64,000 nucleotides of DNA from Deltaproteobacteria bacterium (GCA_016713425.1 JADJPE010000005.1:3901532-3965531); one strand, 5' to 3'. Positions 36,299 to 46,481 are shown, counted from the first letter of the stretch. Notes: generated by a model from the letters alone, not told the origin. Program-made: numbers and translations.

Positions 36299-38235
36299 GG
36301 ATGGCGCACTTCCATTTCTAGACAATCGGACACCCGATCTGGATTGAACGAAATATAAATCCAACGGTCGATGCAGTCGCGCGTCGACCGTTTGAGCGCC
36401 ACACCTTCGATGAGCTGCTGCACCTCCCGTTCCGACTGCGCGGCTCGGATTCGCGCCTGAAGGGGCTTCAAGCCCGCGTTCTTTGGAGGTTTTCTTGAGG
36501 CCGATTCGGCGTTGGCTTTTTCCCCGAGGTCCGCTGGGGGCGGCGGCGGCCCAGGTTCCGTTCTCTCGGACGATGGCGTTGGGGTTCGAGCCGCTTTCGC
36601 TTTCCCGATCACCTTGGACTCTGACGGGCGGTTGTGGGTGGCCATCGTGCCCGCGGCCCCCGATAGGGAATCCTGACCGCCGGTGGGGGTGCTCGAGGGT
36701 GCCGGAGCGGCGATGACTTTCGGGTCGGACGAGGCGACCGGCCGCGGCGGGCTCGTCACGACCCTTGTTCGCGGGGTCGCCGTCGCGCTCACGCGTCCGG
36801 CGGGCTGGATGATCGTTGGTGTGCGAGATTGCCGAACCAAGACCAAGGCGACAATGACCGTCGCGAGCGCTCCGATGGCCAAGACGACGGCGGAAATCAG
36901 GGCTCGGTTCTTGGGCTTTGCGCGCGTCCCGGGCGGGAGAGCCCCGGGGGGTCCGAGCCCTGGCCCTAGGTCATGGCTCGGGCCTGGATTTCGGCCCGTC
37001 GGCTCGATCGCGCCGGCGGCAATGTTGGCGGACCCCGAACCGAGCATCGCAAGTTGCGTTGCACGCGTCGGATCTTCACTTGGGTCTATGATGCGGGTCG
37101 GGGTCGGGAATTCGGGAGAGACAAGGGCCTTGCTCTCCTCTCCGACCGCGCCAACCCGGGTTGCGACAAACTCCGGGGCATCTCGGACCCGGGTTGGATC
37201 CTGTGTATGTTCGCCCAAGGCCGCGTCGGTGACCCATTGATGAGCCACCTCCCGCTCTTCTGGAAAGAGCTCGGAGACGAAGACGCCGATGTCCCGATGC
37301 TCAGTCGCGGAGAGCTGGGGGGCCGCGCGCAGCAAGGCTTGGCGTAAGGCCTCGGCTGTCGGGTACCGTACTTCCCGGTCTTTCTCGAGCGCCTTGGCGA
37401 AAACCGCGTCGAGCGAATTTGGGAGCGATGGGTTCAGCTCCGACAGGGGTTTGGGCCTGACCGTGACGACCGCACGCAGAATGTCGCTCGGCGTCTCACC
37501 TCGAACGAAGGGCCGGCCACTCAACATTTCATACAAGACCACCGAGAACGAGTAGAGGTCACTTCGCCGATCAACGGGCTCGGCCACGGCCTGCTCGGGC
37601 GACATGTACCGGAGCGTGCCGAGGACCATCCCGGGAGCCGTTCGAAATGAACCCAGGTTCGTTCGAGCCAACCCGAAGTCAATGATCTTCACGTCACCTT
37701 CGTAGGTGAGCATCACGTTGCGAGGTGACAGATCACGATGCACGATCTCGAGGTGATGACCCTCTGAGTCGCGGTACTCATGTGCGAAATCGAGCGCCGT
37801 GAGAACATGCTGGGCGGTTGTCAGGCTGAGCGCGGGAGGCAGCATCTTATCGGACGCCGCGAGCTTTCGCATCATTGTCTCGAGATCTTGTCCGGCGATG
37901 AACTCCACCGCGATGTAGAACGCCTCGTCCTGCCGTCCGGCATCGATGAGTCGCGCGATCCCCGGATGATCGAGCTCCGATGCGACGGAGGCCTCGCGAA
38001 GGAATCGATTGGCGACTACGTGGTCTTGCGCAAGGTGAGGATGCAGTTGTTTGATGACACAAAGGACCTCTGAGCCCCTGCGTTGGGCCAACCACACGGT
38101 CGCCATGCCGCCCGAGGCCAGCTTCTCGAGCGGCACATAGCCCGGAATGCTCGGTGGTTGGGCCGGTGCATTGATGGGTGCAACGGGGCCCGAAGTGCGA
38201 CCGGGGCCGCCGGAGGGATTGGAACCATCGGTCAT
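36295..38235 (-). CDS. Ser/Thr protein kinase with one TM segment and a C-terminal extracytoplasmic domain
   Basis: 'LASGGMATVWLA', 'HRDLSPRNVML', 'DFGLAR' and 'GTLRYMSPEQ'. Confidence 0.85.
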   Translation of the reverse strand: MTDGSNPSGGPGRTSGPVAPINAPAQPPSIPGYVPLEKLASGGMATVWLAQRRGSEVLCVIKQLHPHLAQDHVVANRFLREASVASELDHPGIARLIDAGRQDEAFYIAVEFIAGQDLETMMRKLAASDKMLPPALSLTTAQHVLTALDFAHEYRDSEGHHLEIVHRDLSPRNVMLTYEGDVKIIDFGLARTNLGSFRTAPGMVLGTLRYMSPEQAVAEPVDRRSDLYSFSVVLYEMLSGRPFVRGETPSDILRAVVTVRPKPLSELNPSLPNSLDAVFAKALEKDREVRYPTAEALRQALLRAAPQLSATEHRDIGVFVSELFPEEREVAHQWVTDAALGEHTQDPTRVRDAPEFVATRVGAVGEESKALVSPEFPTPTRIIDPSEDPTRATQLAMLGSGSANIAAGAIEPTGRNPGPSHDLGPGLGPPGALPPGTRAKPKNRALISAVVLAIGALATVIVALVLVRQSRTPTIIQPAGRVSATATPRTRVVTSPPRPVASSDPKVIAAPAPSSTPTGGQDSLSGAAGTMATHNRPSESKVIGKAKAARTPTPSSERTEPGPPPPPADLGEKANAESASRKPPKNAGLKPLQARIRAAQSEREVQQLIEGVALKRSTRDCIDRWIYISFNPDRVSDCLEMEVRHP

Positions 38236-38262
38236 GGACTACTCTTTGCGCACCGTTCCGAT

Positions 38263-39978
38263 TCAGGAGGCGCCGCTGCGCTTGCCGAGAACCTCGTAGA
38301 CCTGAATTGGGTCTGGCTGACCCCTGACTTGCTGGAGGCCAAGTCGTCTGACTTCGAAGAGCTCACGGACCCATGCGTACGTGCTCTCGCTCAAGATGAC
38401 TGTACCCGGTGCCGCGCCCACTTCGAGCCGGGCTGCGACCGAGACGGGTTCACCAAGGGTCAGAAATCCGCGGTGCCGGGCCGAGCCGATGGCGCCGCTC
38501 ATGACATGCCCTGTCGAGAGGCCGATGCGAAGAAGTCGCGTCCCAATCCCCGGAAAGCGGGCGATCAAGGACGCCATGGTTTCACGCATCTGGAGCGCGG
38601 CGCCCACTGCGCGCGCCGCGTCGTTTCCATAGGAGAAGGGGGTTCCGAATGTGGCCATGAGGCGCATTCCGACTTGGCTCTGCAGAGCGCCTCGCTGGCT
38701 TTGGATGATCTCGGACATTTCGTCTAAGTAGTGGCTTGCGAATGCGGAGACCACCGGCCCTTCGAGATTCTCGACGATCGTATTGAATCCCGGGATATCA
38801 GCGAAGACGACCGTGGCCGTCTTGTTGTCGAGCGATGTTGAGTGGTCGGCGGCCGGGCGCTGTAAGATCTGTTCCAGCACGTCGGGGGCATAGAAAGGGG
38901 CGAGCGTTTCGCGTGTTTGGCTTAGGTCGCGGTGGGATCTTTGTTTGAGTGCCAGCACGGACAGCTGGGCGATGGCCGAGAGCGCGTCGACCTCCGATTC
39001 GGTGAAGGGGAGATCGGAACGCCCGAGGTATATGACGGCGATGACGTCGTCGACGGCCGTAACCGGCACGCAAAGCACCGCTGTATGTCGCGCGTTGTTC
39101 GTCCCAAAGCGAAGATCGCTTGAGATGTCTCCGCTCGTCACGAGGAAGTTCTTGCTCACCACCCAATCCACGACCGCCATCGAAACATCCGGTTGGGAGG
39201 TTGTCCGCTCGCGATTCCGGGCCTCGAGGAGAACCTGGCGTCCGTCCTCGACCCGAAAGAAGGCCGCAACATCACCTCTGATCTCTTCCATCGCCAGCGC
39301 GAGCAATTCGCGCACGTAGCTCTCGGTGCTCGGGGCCCGCGCCAATGCTGAACTCGCCTTGCAGACCAGGCCGAGTGCACCGACCGCATTCGCTACGCTC
39401 GGCCCATCCGGCGCGGGTGCGACTCCGCGCCGATTGGGCGCCCCGTCCGCCGGGCGGACCGAGTGCGGGGACATGGTGCCAGTCTCGCGCAGACCCGCCT
39501 GCGCCGCCGCCGCGGGCGACGGAGAGGCGGAGACCGCAATTCTGGGCGTCGGAGCGGACTCCTTGGGCAGCGTGCGGGGGCGCCGGAGTTTCTCGTTGGA
39601 GGATCCTGAACGGCTGCTGTCTTCACCCGTCGTGGTTTCATCGAAGGAGTTTCGAGCTCCGCCCGGAACGAGCCCCTCCTTGTAGTCGATACGGAAGTTT
39701 CCGATTCGCGTCGTGTCCCCTGGACGCAGCACACGCGTGCTGATGCGCTCCCCATTGACCCAAGAGCCGTTGTGCGAGCCGAGATCTTGAAGCGTTGCCC
39801 GGCCATCGAAGTACGTGATCCGGGCGTGGTGTCGACTGACGAGGTCCCCGAGGAGGATGACGTCGTTCGAGGGTAGGCGGCCGAATGATGTGATTCCCTC
39901 GCGCAAAGCGAGGCAGGTTCCGTCGTGGCCAGGCCCGCGCAGCACGATGTAGGCGGATGCCTCTTCGTTCGCGCCCAC
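38263..39978 (-). CDS. FHA - GAF - class III adenylyl/guanylyl cyclase
   Basis: N-terminal FHA domain 'GITSFGR...SRHHARITY...LQDLGSHNGSWVNG'. C-terminal 'TVVFADIPGFNTI...GMRLMATFG...RIGLSTGHVMSGAIGS' cyclase motifs. Confidence 0.8.
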   Translation of the reverse strand: MGANEEASAYIVLRGPGHDGTCLALREGITSFGRLPSNDVILLGDLVSRHHARITYFDGRATLQDLGSHNGSWVNGERISTRVLRPGDTTRIGNFRIDYKEGLVPGGARNSFDETTTGEDSSRSGSSNEKLRRPRTLPKESAPTPRIAVSASPSPAAAAQAGLRETGTMSPHSVRPADGAPNRRGVAPAPDGPSVANAVGALGLVCKASSALARAPSTESYVRELLALAMEEIRGDVAAFFRVEDGRQVLLEARNRERTTSQPDVSMAVVDWVVSKNFLVTSGDISSDLRFGTNNARHTAVLCVPVTAVDDVIAVIYLGRSDLPFTESEVDALSAIAQLSVLALKQRSHRDLSQTRETLAPFYAPDVLEQILQRPAADHSTSLDNKTATVVFADIPGFNTIVENLEGPVVSAFASHYLDEMSEIIQSQRGALQSQVGMRLMATFGTPFSYGNDAARAVGAALQMRETMASLIARFPGIGTRLLRIGLSTGHVMSGAIGSARHRGFLTLGEPVSVAARLEVGAAPGTVILSESTYAWVRELFEVRRLGLQQVRGQPDPIQVYEVLGKRSGAS

Positions 39979-40429
39979 GGCAGGATACTTCCAGTCTTCG
40001 ATGTCGTCGTCCAGTCCTCCAAGCGGACAACCAGGGCCCGCGGCTTTGACATGCCCGTCGTTTCGGAGGACTTTGACCTTCGACTTGGCACGGTTGATCT
40101 GCTTCCTTGTGGTTGTCGCTCTCCGATGGGCGTACCCTACGTACCTCGCGGCATCGGCCCCGGCATCGGCCTCATTGGTCGAGCATTCGACCGAGGAAAG
40201 TGCGTCGCGAGGTGGTGCCGCAATCGAGTTCTCCGGTTTACGTCGGATTCCTATTCCGCTGGTCTTCTACGCGCCCACGAAGCGTCTCGCGGTGCCCATC
40301 AATCGAAATCGCGTCGCGGGCTTCATCGACGACCTTTTGCTGGAACACACGGATCTCCGAGTGGTGCTCGTCGATGACCAAACGGTCGATGATTGCATCG
40401 ACAATCCTAGTCCCCCGACGAAAGGACGA

Positions 40430-41572
40430 ATGACTTGCCTCGTGGAGGCGGCTCGCGCCGACTACGTTCCCTATGATCGCGCTGGTAAGCTCCAAGATTG
40501 GGCTCGCGCGATACGCGTCCATCCGACCAGCGGGATAGCAGCCCACGACCGCGCGGCGCTCGAACGGGCGCCGCCCGCACAGCGCGGAAATGGGGAGGCC
40601 GATAAGCCGGATGACGTTGAGCGTCGCTTCATGATCGTGGTGGCCATGGTACGGCTGTCCGAGCAGGAAGATCGCCTGGTGACCTTTCTCGTCGACACGG
40701 ATCATGCGCTCGAGCACGGCATTCATGCCGCGCGGCTCCGGGGTGCCTACGGCGGGGCGCATATGGAGGCGCTCGAGGCCTATATCGTGGAGCATGCGGT
40801 GATGGCGCAGTCGGATCCGGCGTTGGTCGGGTCGGAGGCCGATGTGCAAGCCGCCTTTCGTCGCTTCTTCGCCGAAGATCACCGCCTCGTCGAAGTCTTT
40901 CGACGCGCCCGCCACTGGTGGGCGTTTGGGCGAGCCGAGTTCTCGACGGACGTCGAAGGGGTCAATATTCTGCTCGATCATCGGCCGGTTGGGTTGACTC
41001 TGCGCGGGCTCAACCGGCTCACACGGCTCGTCCCGGGATCGCATCGCCTGCAATTCGAGCATCCGGATTTCGTGCCCTTGACGATGGTGATCGAGGTCGA
41101 GAGTGATCGAACGACGTCCGTCGCGATCGCCCTCGCTCGACGACCTAACGTCGAAGCACAGATTGGTCGCCAAGCCACTTTGTGGGGTGGTCTTGCGCTC
41201 ACGGTGGGCGGCACGGCCTTCGCGCTGTGGCAGCTTGCCCGGACGCCCTCGACCCGCGTCCTGTGCCTGCATGGCGCTCAGGGGGACTCGAGTTGCGGGG
41301 GCAGCGCTGAGTTTCTGCGTGCTGGGCAGCCTGCGAACCCCGGGCCAGTCGACGACCCGAACGGCTCAGGGATCATGCTGGCGCCCTTCGGTCTGGGCGT
41401 CGCCAGCGGCGGGCTTGCCATGGCTTCCGGAACGCTTCTTCTTGGCGATGACACCGAGTTTCCATGGGTTCAGATTGCATCGGGGGTTACGGTGGGCGTC
41501 GCAACATACCTGCTCAGCGCCCTGCTGAATGGGCAGAACGCGATCGACGCCAGCTATCGAGCCCGACCTTGA
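40430..41572 (+). CDS. Hypothetical membrane protein (3 predicted C-terminal TM helices); strand assignment uncertain
   Basis: Plus ORF 40001..41572. AAGGA...ATG at ~40430. TM-like C-terminus 'GIMLAPFGLGVASGGLAMASGTLLL'. A 344-aa minus-strand ORF (40238..41272) with equivalent codon statistics overlaps it. Confidence 0.3.
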   Translation: MTCLVEAARADYVPYDRAGKLQDWARAIRVHPTSGIAAHDRAALERAPPAQRGNGEADKPDDVERRFMIVVAMVRLSEQEDRLVTFLVDTDHALEHGIHAARLRGAYGGAHMEALEAYIVEHAVMAQSDPALVGSEADVQAAFRRFFAEDHRLVEVFRRARHWWAFGRAEFSTDVEGVNILLDHRPVGLTLRGLNRLTRLVPGSHRLQFEHPDFVPLTMVIEVESDRTTSVAIALARRPNVEAQIGRQATLWGGLALTVGGTAFALWQLARTPSTRVLCLHGAQGDSSCGGSAEFLRAGQPANPGPVDDPNGSGIMLAPFGLGVASGGLAMASGTLLLGDDTEFPWVQIASGVTVGVATYLLSALLNGQNAIDASYRARP

Positions 41573-41622
41573 AGCACATCGAGCGTTGACTTCGATGGGA
41601 CTCCGCGCCACCGCTGATCGTC

Positions 41623-42645
41623 GTGAGGACCAGCGGTTCGTCAGGAGGTCTTCGATGCGCGCTCGTGCTTCTGCCGGTCTGCCCTGCCTTGTGTTTGGCG
41701 GCGACCGGACCCGGTTCCCAGCCCGATGAGCGCGACCAGGCGGCCGCGATCGAGGCCCTCGCGGCGGCATGCGCATGGCCCGAGCCGCCGAGTCTCGAAC
41801 CGCAATATCTTCTCGAGCGATCTCCGCCGCCGGGTTCGCTTTCGCGGATCGTGACGGTCGCTCCGTCGGTCACCGAACTCCTCTTCGCGATCGACGCAGG
41901 CGACCGTGTTGTCGGCGTTTCGAGATTCGACGACTATCCGCCTGCGACTCGTTCGCTTCCGAAGGTCGGAGGCTTCTTGGACCCGAGCGTCGAAGCGGTG
42001 GTTGGCCTGGCGCCAAGCCTTGTGATCGGCGTGCCAAATGCCGGAAATCGTGTCGCTCTCGAGCGCATGGCCGCGCTCGGTGTTCCGGTGCTCGTGGTCC
42101 CCGGCAACACATTGGCCGATGTCTTCCATGCCACCCGCACCGTCGGGGCGCTATTCGGCGCAGGACACGCACGCCGCGCGGCAAAGCTCTGCCAGGACAT
42201 CGGCGAAACTCTGCGCACGCTGCGCGCGCGCGCGCCGAAAAGTCGCCGTCCCCGGGTTGCGGTGGTTTACGGGACTGGGCCGCTCGTACTTGGCGGAAGG
42301 AATAGTTTCGCCGGGGCCTTGGTCGAAGCGCTCGGCGGCGTGAACGTGGCGGGCTCCGGGCCTCCCTATGCGCAGTTTTCCATCGAATCGCTGCTCATGG
42401 CTTCGCCCGACCTCATCATCGACGTCGTCGAGGCCCACGCGGAATCTTACCGCGGTGCGGACACCGGCGATCAGGCAACTCACGGCAGCGGCCATTCACC
42501 GATCTTCGCAGCGTGGCCTGCGCTGAGAGAGACGCGCGTTCGCCGCATGCCTCTTGGTGCGCTCCTGCGACCGAGTCCTCGCCTCGTTCCGGCGATCAAG
42601 CTGTTGTTCGACGCCCTGTATGAAGATCCCGAGCCGTCCGATTGA
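41623..42645 (+). CDS. Periplasmic substrate-binding protein, BtuF/FhuD-like (Peripla_BP_2)
   Basis: 'RIVTVAPSVTELLFAIDAGDRVVGVSRFDDYP' closely resembles the BtuF N-lobe. Signal peptide present. Confidence 0.6.
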   Translation: MRTSGSSGGLRCALVLLPVCPALCLAATGPGSQPDERDQAAAIEALAAACAWPEPPSLEPQYLLERSPPPGSLSRIVTVAPSVTELLFAIDAGDRVVGVSRFDDYPPATRSLPKVGGFLDPSVEAVVGLAPSLVIGVPNAGNRVALERMAALGVPVLVVPGNTLADVFHATRTVGALFGAGHARRAAKLCQDIGETLRTLRARAPKSRRPRVAVVYGTGPLVLGGRNSFAGALVEALGGVNVAGSGPPYAQFSIESLLMASPDLIIDVVEAHAESYRGADTGDQATHGSGHSPIFAAWPALRETRVRRMPLGALLRPSPRLVPAIKLLFDALYEDPEPSD

Positions 42646-42717
42646 GCGACACACTCGTTCGCCATGGGCATCCAAGCATCTGAGCATCTGAGCATCTAAG
42701 CATCTGAGCATTTAAGC

Positions 42718-44478
42718 TTAGTCGTTGGGGGCCAGATCGATCGCAAAAGCGTCCAGCACCGGCGCGTCGAACGAGCGTCCGCGAAGGGAGACTCGATAGC
42801 GGAAATAGCGACCGTTTCGCGTCGGGTCGAGTTGGGCAGAGAGCGCATCGACCCAGGTGTCGAAGGGACCTTCGGGGTCCGGTGAACCAGACAGCAAGAC
42901 CTCGATGGAGGTATCGAGTGGGCGCTCGAATCGGCTGTCGACGAGCCGTGGCACGAGCCCTACCGCTGAGGCGCCGCGATCGAAAACGCGTGATTCGATC
43001 CACCCTTGCGTTCGGTTGCCAAGGTCAGGCTCATTCAGTGGGCTTGTCGGAGGACCGAGTTGAAAGACGCGCCCCGGTTCTTCTCCGTGTCCCGCAGAAA
43101 GGGCGCTATCGATCCCTGAGGCGCTCACGACCGTCACGGTGACGTCTCCGCCTCGACTGCCACTTCCTGGTCGACACTCGTCGCTTTCGGCTCTGTCGCC
43201 GTCTCCACCCTCGACGACAGCGTTCGTGTCCGCGACCATCGTCTCTGAGACAATCTCGACTTCTCCGCCGCCACCGCATGCGGCCGAACCGCCGTGAAGC
43301 GACGCGTCCCTCCCGAGCTCAAGCCTCTTCGCCGCCATGATCCGCATCGATCCTCCGAGCGTTTTTCCGAAACCCCCTTCCATGCGAGCGGCTGCTTCGA
43401 GGACGACCCGTCCGGCCTCGGCGCGGATGCCGCCTCCGATCGTACCGGCGCCCCCGGCGATGGTCGCTTCGGCGCCGACGACCAGGACGTCCGGTGCGAT
43501 GACGTGCACGCTTGTGCCGCTGTGCTCGGCGTCGAAAGGGGGACCGAGGCGTGACCTTTCTCCAAACACGACCGTCGGGGCCAAGATCTCGATCGCGCCC
43601 CCGGACACGGCCTGGGCGGCGAACTCGGTGTCCGTGGTCGCCAGGTCAGACATGGCCGTGTCGGGCCCGAACTCGACCGCGAAATCGCTTGTGAGACGTA
43701 CGGAACCGGGCGTGCCGCCCGGCTGTGCTGCGGTCATGACTCGGCCCACCGGCGATTCGATCGAGATCCGACCGTAGGTCTCGATGGCGATCTCGCCGCC
43801 CTGTTGACCGTTGAGGGCGTAAGCCACCACCGAACCCGCGATCGACGCTGCACCGCGACCGATGAGGCGGATGTCAGAGGCTCGATTCGGATGCTCGGGC
43901 CACGTTTCCACGCGTCCGGTGACGGCGATCTGGCTGTCCTCGTGCGCGATCGCGAGAAGGACCGGACCGCTGCTCCGGATGAGTCCAGGCACTTCGATGG
44001 AGCCCTCAGCCATGATTGTGATCCCCCCGGAGCCCGCCGTAAGCACGCCGGCGATGCGCACGGGTCCCGCGATTCGTAGCTCCACGGAGTCGGGTGCGTG
44101 GAATGTCGCACCATCGCTGAGCGTGAACGCGGAGGCCTGTACGAGACCGTTCAGCTCAATGTCGTCGTCGATCTGAGTTGCTTCGATGGCATCTCTCTCT
44201 GCGGCGAGGATTCTTTGAACTGGAAGCGTCGCCGCGCCACGATTCACGTCGACGATGGCACCACTGGTCGAGTCAATGAGGTTCGTGTTGTCGAAGTCCT
44301 CGCGAAGCTGGAGGCGAAGCTCGGGACGCCCGGACCCGCCCGAAGCGCTCGCGTCCAGAACGGCGGTTCCAGCGTCGGCATCACTCGGCGGCTCGTCGTT
44401 GACTTGAGCCTTGCTCCCCACGCCGCATGCGTGCCCCAAGAGCAGCGCGAGCAGGGCACAAAAGCGGGTCCACGGCAT
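42718..44478 (-). CDS. Hypothetical Gly/Ala-rich secreted lipoprotein, probable parallel beta-helix repeats
   Basis: Signal 'LLALLLGHAC'. Recurring 'G.V.L.A....' ~20-aa repeats. Confidence 0.45.
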   Translation of the reverse strand: MPWTRFCALLALLLGHACGVGSKAQVNDEPPSDADAGTAVLDASASGGSGRPELRLQLREDFDNTNLIDSTSGAIVDVNRGAATLPVQRILAAERDAIEATQIDDDIELNGLVQASAFTLSDGATFHAPDSVELRIAGPVRIAGVLTAGSGGITIMAEGSIEVPGLIRSSGPVLLAIAHEDSQIAVTGRVETWPEHPNRASDIRLIGRGAASIAGSVVAYALNGQQGGEIAIETYGRISIESPVGRVMTAAQPGGTPGSVRLTSDFAVEFGPDTAMSDLATTDTEFAAQAVSGGAIEILAPTVVFGERSRLGPPFDAEHSGTSVHVIAPDVLVVGAEATIAGGAGTIGGGIRAEAGRVVLEAAARMEGGFGKTLGGSMRIMAAKRLELGRDASLHGGSAACGGGGEVEIVSETMVADTNAVVEGGDGDRAESDECRPGSGSRGGDVTVTVVSASGIDSALSAGHGEEPGRVFQLGPPTSPLNEPDLGNRTQGWIESRVFDRGASAVGLVPRLVDSRFERPLDTSIEVLLSGSPDPEGPFDTWVDALSAQLDPTRNGRYFRYRVSLRGRSFDAPVLDAFAIDLAPND

Positions 44479-44672
44479 TGTTGCCCTCTATACCTTGTCT
44501 CGCCTCAAACGGGTGGGCGCCGTCATTCACGGCAGATAAACCCTTATTCAGTCACGGTCGATTCTGCACAGCGGGCCGACTGTGCGTGATAACCCTTATC
44601 TTGACCGCCGCTTTTTGGGTGTCGCGAACGCTCCGGATTGCCGCGGGCTGCGCGGCGGTTACTGTCGAACGC

Positions 44673-45656
44673 ATGTTCGGCTCGCTTCGCATTGGGACAG
44701 TCCGCGGAATTCCCATACGGCTTCACTTCACGCTGTTGGTGGTTGGGTTCTTGATGCTGTTCCGATTTGGTTGGCTTGGGATCCCGGCTGGCTTTCTTCT
44801 CTTTGGTTCTGTTCTCCTTCACGAGCTCGGACATTCGCTGGTTGCGCAACGATTTGGCCTTCGCATCGGCGGCATCGACCTCCATCTCCTCGGCGGTGTG
44901 GCGTTGATGAAGGACATGCCGAAAAATCCCGCGCAAGAAATCGCGATCGCCGTTGCTGGGCCGATCGTCTCGCTGGTGCTTGGCCTCGTCCTTCTCATCC
45001 CTTCGCACTTCTTCGGGGCTGATTTCGCCTTCGCGCGGCCGCAGCTCGCGGACCTTGTGGGTTACGCGGCAGCCGCGAATCTGGTGATGGCCGTGTTCAA
45101 CATGATTCCGGCGTTTCCTATGGACGGGGGCCGGGTGCTGAGAGCGGCGTTGACGACGAAGTTTGGGCTGCTCGATGCCACCCGCAAAGCGGGTCGGGTG
45201 TCCCGTGTCTTTGCCGGGATCTTCATCCTGTCTGGCCTCTTTGGCGGTGGAATGACGCTTGCGCTGATTGGCGTTCTCGTCTGGATCATGGTTGGCGCCG
45301 AGGAGCGAGCGGCCGCCGCTTGGGTCGCGCATCGTGCCCAGAGCGTCGAGATGGCCGGGGAGCCGCGCCTCGATTCCCAATTCGTGACGCCCCTGAACTT
45401 CCATGGTTGGCGTGGTCGCCCGAACCCTTCGAGGGCCGAGGGCGCTGGGTCGCGTGCCTGGTCGTCCGACGAGCCTGGCGTGGGCTCCTCGTCGTCGGCG
45501 CGCAACGGGCCGATCATCGATCTCGGGCCAGATTCTGATCGCAGCGACGGGCCCGACATGAACCGGGATCGTTCCGGAGGATTTCATGGTGGTCATGGGT
45601 CGACCCGGCGTACCAGTGTCTCGGGCCGCTGGACGGTTTTCGTTGTGCGACGGTAG
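44673..45656 (+). CDS. Site-2 protease family (peptidase M50) membrane metalloprotease with a disordered C-terminal tail
   Basis: 'LHELGHSLVAQRFG' (HExxH) and 'NMIPAFPMDGGRVL' (LDG motif). Start at M83 of ORF 44427..45656. Confidence 0.7.
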   Translation: MFGSLRIGTVRGIPIRLHFTLLVVGFLMLFRFGWLGIPAGFLLFGSVLLHELGHSLVAQRFGLRIGGIDLHLLGGVALMKDMPKNPAQEIAIAVAGPIVSLVLGLVLLIPSHFFGADFAFARPQLADLVGYAAAANLVMAVFNMIPAFPMDGGRVLRAALTTKFGLLDATRKAGRVSRVFAGIFILSGLFGGGMTLALIGVLVWIMVGAEERAAAAWVAHRAQSVEMAGEPRLDSQFVTPLNFHGWRGRPNPSRAEGAGSRAWSSDEPGVGSSSSARNGPIIDLGPDSDRSDGPDMNRDRSGGFHGGHGSTRRTSVSGRWTVFVVRR

Positions 45657-45698
45657 CGGCCGTCGTGGCGCGTGGTGAGACGGCCGATGTCGACGGGC

Positions 45699-46481
45699 TC
45701 ATGGGCTCCTGTGGATCACCTCGACACCGGGTGGGGGTGTGAAGTGGAAGTCCTCGGCCTTGAGGCCGCGATTGAGCTTCGCATTCGTGAACCGGAAGTG
45801 GTTCTTGTTGCCTGAGGTTTCAAACAGGATGGACTCGGTCACCTCACCACCCCCAGGCGCGACAATCAGGACGAGTCGAGCGTAGGTTGCGTCCTGCTTC
45901 GGAATGAGTTCGAGCGCCTTCGCGTTCGCGGGCGCTTCAAACATCGCTGCGTTCGCGAGCGAAACTTTGAAGCTGTCCGTCAATTTGCCTTCGCCCCAGA
46001 GGAAGCTGACGGAGTTGCTCAGCTTGGACATTTCGAAATCCCGGTCGACGAAGACCTGTCCCTCTTCCTCGTCGTATACGAACAGCTGCTTTCCGTCAGC
46101 GACCCAGAGCTTGGGCGCGGGACTCTTATAGGTCCAACGCATCATGCCCGGCTTCTTGAGCATGAGCTGCCCACGTGACTCTGACGTTCGGCTGAGCGCG
46201 ACTCGGGTGTACGTCTGGATGAAGTCCGCCGTGTAGTCTTCCATGCGGTCGTAGTAGGCTTGGATGTCGGCCACCAGCCGATCGACTTCTCGTTGTGGGT
46301 CATCGCCGGCTCTTGCCGGCGCCTTTGGCGGCGCCTTTGCCGGAGCTTTCGCTGGGTCCTTTGCTGGGGCGGATGCCTTGGTGGGCGGCTTGCTCGTCGA
46401 GGGGTGGCTGTCGTGCGGCTTCGGTGCGCTTGCGACGCCCCCGATGAGCCATGAACATCCAAGAAAGATCCAATGCTTCAT
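45699..46481 (-). CDS. lolA: Outer-membrane lipoprotein carrier protein LolA-like
   Basis: Signal peptide plus a PAKAP-rich linker. 'FIQTY...SRGQLMLKKPGMMRWTYKSP...FVYDEE' fits the LolA half-barrel pattern. Adjacent to ftsK, as in many bacteria. Confidence 0.6.
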   Translation of the reverse strand: MKHWIFLGCSWLIGGVASAPKPHDSHPSTSKPPTKASAPAKDPAKAPAKAPPKAPARAGDDPQREVDRLVADIQAYYDRMEDYTADFIQTYTRVALSRTSESRGQLMLKKPGMMRWTYKSPAPKLWVADGKQLFVYDEEEGQVFVDRDFEMSKLSNSVSFLWGEGKLTDSFKVSLANAAMFEAPANAKALELIPKQDATYARLVLIVAPGGGEVTESILFETSGNKNHFRFTNAKLNRGLKAEDFHFTPPPGVEVIHRSP

